Positions 59,670 to 64,000 of a DNA stretch of 64,000 nt are shown piece by piece; positions within the stretch are counted from its first letter, which is position 1, and each line of letters opens with the position of its first letter. The stretch is from Chloroflexota bacterium (GTDB taxonomy: Bacteria; Chloroflexota; UBA11872; VXOZ01): positions 3,467,183 to 3,531,182 of the forward strand of contig OY760183.1 in the NCBI GenBank assembly GCA_963663275.1, written 5' to 3'. The position numbers and the translations under genes are program-made. The notes below the pieces were generated by a model. That model saw only the letters and a program-made list of their open reading frames with translations, had not been told where the DNA came from and did no database searches.

Positions 59670-60047
59670 CTGCGCCCTCCTTGAGTGAACCATCACCCCA
59701 GCCCTCTCCCGAGGGGAGAGGGGGCGGAGTCTCATCCCGCAGTCCGCGAGACTATGACGGGGCAGGCAGCGTGTCAACCGCGCGGGAATCTACGCGGGTG
59801 GACAGGATCGGTACGGGATGAGCGGCGAACGAGCGCAGCCTGCTCGCGTTCGAGCGCGGCTGGCGCCGAATGAGCATGCCGTTCCACTCGCGGGGACGGC
59901 CCCGGCAGGAGTAACCGCCGGAAAAAAGTGTCTCATTTCTTCTCATTCCGTCTCATTTCACCTCTGACAGCGCTGCCCGCTACCGGCGAGCCATCACGCA
60001 TGGCGGCGGAGGACTCCGCCGCCGGAATCATGGTAGAGCAGACGAGG

Positions 60048-60073
60048 GCGACCGCGTAAGGGGCGGGTGTCAC
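60048..60073 (+). repeat. Island-border motif copy
   Basis: GCGACCGCGTAAGGGGCGGGTGTCAC, 2 mismatches to 3773-3798 and 11 bp from the REase stop. Confidence 0.8.
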
Positions 60074-60084
60074 ACGGGGGGAGG

Positions 60085-60954
60085 CTAGAGCGGCTCCAGC
60101 TTCGACCGGAGGGTCTGCTCGAAGGTCTCGCGGCGGACGGTGGAGGCCGCCAGGAGTTTCTCATGCGAGGCTTCGAGAGTCAGGACCTCCCAGTGTCCAC
60201 GCGACAGCCGGTAGAGTCCGTCGTTTTCGACGAGTTCAGGGACCAGCCAGATGATGTCTCCGTCGTTCAGGTCCTGGCTGGGAGCCGGGCTGGGGCCTCC
60301 GACCGATTCGAAGAAAGGGCGGTCCACCGCGACGGCAATCTTGGACCCCCATCGTCTGAGGGTCGGTGCTTTTATCTGTAACTGGGGCATCAGCCTCTTG
60401 GCGCTGGACGAGCGCCAGTCCGGACGACGGTTGCCCGTTGGGAACGGAGGCGTCCCGGAAGTATCGTCAAGCAGGGCTGCGAACTCGGCATCCATGCCCG
60501 GCCCTGAGAAGTAGACTGCCTGTATCTCCAGACCGTGCCAGAGGATGCCGCCGTTAGAAGTTCTGGCCACGACGAGATCGATCTTCCCCGCCGGTTTCTT
60601 CGTTCTCGTTCCTTGCATGAACGGGACCTCGCGGGCTACCAGTGCATCTGCAGGCGCGAATCCCACAATCTCAGCCAGCCAGAGTACGAGAAGACGTTCC
60701 TCCTCGAACCTTGCAGGGCAAACGATGACAGGTTCGCCCACGGGTCCGCCGAGCCGCTTGTCCTCGCTCTGCGTGTAGCGCTGTAGTGAACACACGCCGC
60801 CCTGCTTGTTGCAGGGCGGATGGCCCTGCTGGAAGGGACACGGCGGAGTCTCGCCGCCCCCGGAGGCCGTCAGGGCCAAGTCTCGACGCCGGGAAGGCGA
60901 GAGATGGAGCATCCGTTGCCCATACCACTCAGCTATGCCGTAACGTTCAGGCAA
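60085..60954 (-). CDS. NotI-family restriction endonuclease
   Basis: IAEWYG, Cys4 site (CPF...CNKQGGVC...CPARF), ID, LEIQAVYFSG and RPDWRSS..KRLMPQL. Confidence 0.88.
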   Translation of the reverse strand: MPERYGIAEWYGQRMLHLSPSRRRDLALTASGGGETPPCPFQQGHPPCNKQGGVCSLQRYTQSEDKRLGGPVGEPVIVCPARFEEERLLVLWLAEIVGFAPADALVAREVPFMQGTRTKKPAGKIDLVVARTSNGGILWHGLEIQAVYFSGPGMDAEFAALLDDTSGTPPFPTGNRRPDWRSSSAKRLMPQLQIKAPTLRRWGSKIAVAVDRPFFESVGGPSPAPSQDLNDGDIIWLVPELVENDGLYRLSRGHWEVLTLEASHEKLLAASTVRRETFEQTLRSKLEPL

Positions 60955-61828
60955 GGGTCGCGTCTCGTTGGAAGACCGGACGTGGCGTGATGACCAGTTC
61001 CGGCATCAGCGCGTGGTGCCCGTTCTTCATAAGGACTTGCACTGCGTGGAAGCGGTGGCGCCGGATCAGAGATTCGATCTCGGACGAGCAGTCGTAAGTC
61101 ATCAGGAAGTCCGCCCCGCTTTCATCGAGTATCGAGAAGAGACGGGGATGGTCGACCTCATTGTGCGCGTACAGGCGTCTCCCTGCCCGTTTCCCTCCGT
61201 CCCCGGTGTATGGCGGGTCGACGAACAGCGCCACGTCGCCGGTTGGCTGGCCGAGGAGAGAGGAGAGCAGCCTCATGCCGTCGGTCTCGTAGAAACTGAT
61301 GCGGTGTGCGTACTCGCTGATCGCGCATAACCGCCGGATGAGGGTGTCGGGATACCAGCGCGACGCGAGTCCCGCACCGTTCTCTCCGTTGCGCGTGAGC
61401 GACGCGCCGTGCGCAAGAACGCCCCCGCGCCTTGTCCGGTTCAGAACGAGCGTGCGGAAACCGTGCTCTACGACATTCGCGGGGTGCAGACGGGAGAGCT
61501 GTTCGACCGACTCGCGCGTCGGCGTGAACCCGCGCACACGCTCGACCAACTCCCGGCTGTGGTAGAGGGCAGCCTTCCACAAGGCCGCTACGTCCTCGTC
61601 GAGCTCTGCCATCAGGCACTTGTCTGCGAGGTCTTCCATGACCGCAGTGAGCGAGACGATGCCGCCGCCTGCGAACGGCTCGATCAGCATACGGGGCCGG
61701 TCCATGGCATGGAGCCACGCGCGTACGTGGGGAATGAGCCAGGTCTTCCCTCCCGGGTATCGGAAGGGGCTGCGCTGTGGCACCGCAGCTACGTTCACAG
61801 CAGGGATCGGAGACGATGCGATTACCAT
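60947..61828 (-). CDS. Amino-DNA methyltransferase (D12/Dam-like), cognate to the NotI-like REase
   Basis: SPFRYPGGKTWL, EPFAGGG and FVDPPY; overlaps the REase start. Confidence 0.9.
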   Translation of the reverse strand: MVIASSPIPAVNVAAVPQRSPFRYPGGKTWLIPHVRAWLHAMDRPRMLIEPFAGGGIVSLTAVMEDLADKCLMAELDEDVAALWKAALYHSRELVERVRGFTPTRESVEQLSRLHPANVVEHGFRTLVLNRTRRGGVLAHGASLTRNGENGAGLASRWYPDTLIRRLCAISEYAHRISFYETDGMRLLSSLLGQPTGDVALFVDPPYTGDGGKRAGRRLYAHNEVDHPRLFSILDESGADFLMTYDCSSEIESLIRRHRFHAVQVLMKNGHHALMPELVITPRPVFQRDATLA

Positions 61829-62129
61829 CGGACGCTTGCTGCCATGAAGGTTCTCTCCTTGCTCCCCAACCCTACCCCAAGCACAGGGGCAGAATGCAAG
61901 GGGCGGGTGTCGGGGTAAACGCGGCGCAGGAACGACGGGCGGGCGTGGTTCGACAGGCTCACCATGAACGGCCAGGCTCACCGTGAACGGTCTGACGTGG
62001 CACACCGCGAACGGTCTGACGTGGCACACCGCATCTTGACCCCTTGCGCCGTATCCCATAGGTTGCGGGGGAACCCTCACCCCCGGCCTTTCTCCCGGAG
62101 GGCGAGGGGCGTATGAAGGAGGCGCGAAG

Positions 62130-62868
62130 ATGCTGAAGGACAAGTCCGTGGTCATCACGGGTTCCGCGAAGGGGATAGGACGCTACATCGCCCACGGGTT
62201 CGCCCAAGAGGGGGGCGAAGGTGGCGATAGCCGACGTCGACGAGACCCGCCTGCAGCAGACGCTGGGCGAGTTGGGCGAACTCGGCGCGGAGGCGATGGC
62301 CGTTCCCACCGACGTCACGAACGAGGACTCGGTCGCGTCGCTCATGGCGCAGGTGAACGAGCGCTTCGGCGGCATCGACGTGCTCGTCAACGACGCCGCG
62401 ATCGTGCCGCACTTCAACTGGAACGACAAGCCGCGCTGGCCGAAGATCCAGGACATGGAGAAGACGTGGTTCTGGGACACGGTGATGGGCGTGGCGCTGC
62501 TAGGCTCGTTCCTGGCGTCCAAGCACGCGGTGCCGTACATGGAGGCGGGCGGCGGCGGTCACATCGTGAACCTGCACGGCGGCGGGGGGCTCACTCCGCC
62601 CGGCGCGCTCGCGTACGCGACGGCGAAGGACTCGCTCGTCACGTTCACGAAGTTCCACGCGGAAGAGGTGCGCGACTCGAACATCTGCGTCGTCATCATC
62701 TCGCCCGGCGCAGCGATAGCGACGGAGGACGCGCCTGAGGAGGCGCGCAACCGTATGCCGGGGCCGGACTACGCGGGAGAGCGCTTCCTGCTGTGCGCGG
62801 AGGCGTCGATGGAGCTGTCGGGCCACCTGCTCGACCTGCAGGACGGCCAACTGGTGGTGCTGCGGTAG
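62130..62868 (+). CDS. SDR family oxidoreductase (apparent extra G in the G-run at ~62212)
   Basis: ITGSAKGIG in one frame; VAIADV...LVNDA...YATAK in the next. Confidence 0.85.
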
Positions 62869-62870
62869 CG

Positions 62871-63158
62871 ATGCTGACGGTCACGGACGCGGCGCGGGCC
62901 GAGTTGCGGAAGGTGGCGGACGCGCGGGCGCTGGAGCCGGGGAGGCTGCTGCGCCTCGCGGTGCCGCCGGTGTGGACGGGCCAGGGCGACTGGGGCATCG
63001 TGATCGACCAGCGCGGCGCGGCGGACGTCGCCTACGCCCACGACGGAGGGACGGTGCTCGTCGTCGAGCAGGTGGTTGCCGACGGGCTCGCGAACGCGGT
63101 GCTGGACTACAAGACGAGCGGGGTGCCGAGCCCCCGGTTCACGTTGGATATCTATTAG
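62871..63158 (+). CDS. HesB/IscA-like small protein without Cys
   Basis: MLTVTDAA...LRL...D......G..VLVV...LDY pattern. Confidence 0.6.
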   Translation: MLTVTDAARAELRKVADARALEPGRLLRLAVPPVWTGQGDWGIVIDQRGAADVAYAHDGGTVLVVEQVVADGLANAVLDYKTSGVPSPRFTLDIY

Positions 63159-63250
63159 GGGGCAAGCAAGGCTGCGAGGTTCCTGCCTCCGCAGGAACGA
63201 CGGTGCTTACGCCTCTCGCTAGATTCCAGCTTCCGCTGGAATGACGAGCC

Positions 63251-63637
63251 TTAGTCGACGACGGCGACGACCTCGATCTGGACCTTCATGCCGCCGGGGG
63301 GCGGCTCGTACTTGGAGGTGTGGCGCGCGGGGCGGTCGTTCTCGTCGGGGAAGAGTTCGAGCCACGGCTCGTTGAGCGCCTGCCGGTCGCCGAGGTCGGC
63401 GAGGAAGCAGGTGAGCCGCACGACGTCGTCAGGGGTCGTGCCCGCGTGCTCGAGGAAGGTGCGCATGTTGCGGAAGCACTGCCTAGCCTGCTCGTAGACA
63501 TCCTCCGGGAGTTCGCCGGTATCGGCGTTGATGCCCTGTATCGCGGAGCTGTAGACGACGTTGCCGACGCGCGCTCCGTAGGGGATGGGGGCGTTGTGCT
63601 GCACGCCGGGGATGTGGATGGTCTGCCGTCTGCCCAT
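63251..63637 (-). CDS. RidA/YjgF family protein
   Basis: H.APIP.GARVGN, QCF.N, N..W...FPD..DRPAR and VQIEVVA. Confidence 0.9.
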   Translation of the reverse strand: MGRRQTIHIPGVQHNAPIPYGARVGNVVYSSAIQGINADTGELPEDVYEQARQCFRNMRTFLEHAGTTPDDVVRLTCFLADLGDRQALNEPWLELFPDENDRPARHTSKYEPPPGGMKVQIEVVAVVD

Positions 63638-63710
63638 GGCTTCGTCTCCTGCCGCAGGTGCGGCGGTTTAGTGTCGCGGGGGATGGTACGACAGCGCGGC
63701 GCGGCGTGCG

Positions 63711-64000
63711 CTACCCGCCTTGGAGGCCGAACTCGCGGGCGACGAGTTCGTAGGAGCGGATGCGGTCTTCGAGGCGGTAGGTGATGGTGACGACGCCGAC
63801 GTCGGTTGTCTCGTAGCGCTCGGCCATCGCGATCAGCGCCTCCTTCACCTGCGCGGGGTCGCCGTCGACGTAGCCCTCGGTGAACTGCGCGACGTACTCC
63901 GTCGCCGTGGGGCCGAGGTCGACCTGCGACGCCTCCTCCGGCGGAACGAGGCCCTGCATCGGCTCGCCGCCCTGCGCCTGGATGGCTCGCCGCGCGCGGT
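63711..64000 (-). CDS. LLM-class oxidoreductase, 3' part (starts beyond the window)
   Basis: G.P.QVKE.L...RIRSYELVA C-terminal luciferase-like pattern. Confidence 0.75.
   Translation of the reverse strand, partial: RARRAIQAQGGEPMQGLVPPEEASQVDLGPTATEYVAQFTEGYVDGDPAQVKEALIAMAERYETTDVGVVTITYRLEDRIRSYELVAREFGLQGG

Noticed and set aside
61960-62032. 24-bp tandem duplication (GAACGGTCTGACGTGGCACACCGC)
   Set aside because: Only two adjacent units with no spacers; a local slippage within a REP cluster.

Overview
This is a high-GC bacterial chromosome segment. The gene content (many LLM/F420-type oxidoreductases, Rieske oxygenases, SDRs, Rid proteins, PT-rich lipoproteins) suggests Chloroflexota/Dehalococcoidia (SAR202-like), which is an inference. 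Housekeeping genes include uvrA, accC and its BCCP, hisF, hisIE, relA/spoT, hisS, prfA, nuoA, speD, speE, holB, lysA and sthA. They alternate with catabolic genes and three lower-GC defence-type islands: (1) vsr-dcm divergent from MORC ATPase-Z1-PD(D/E)XK-AIPR (Mza-like, ~3.9-13.5 kb); (2) a HicB/HicA-like pair, a trypsin-like lipoprotein and an orphan TIR protein (~21.8-27 kb); (3) a NotI-family R-M pair (60.1-61.8 kb). The strongest hidden signal is a double-DUF427 gene (45657-46454) with an in-frame TGA exactly at the conserved Cys, followed immediately by a SECIS-like hairpin, making it a candidate selenoprotein. Other highlights are a GlcG domain fused to three tandem Rid domains, a dispersed repeat whose end marks the borders of all three islands, a duplicated ion-channel 3' end bracketing island 2, and leaderless promoters. 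Several single-base indels, mostly in homopolymers and including one in essential hisS, look like assembly errors.
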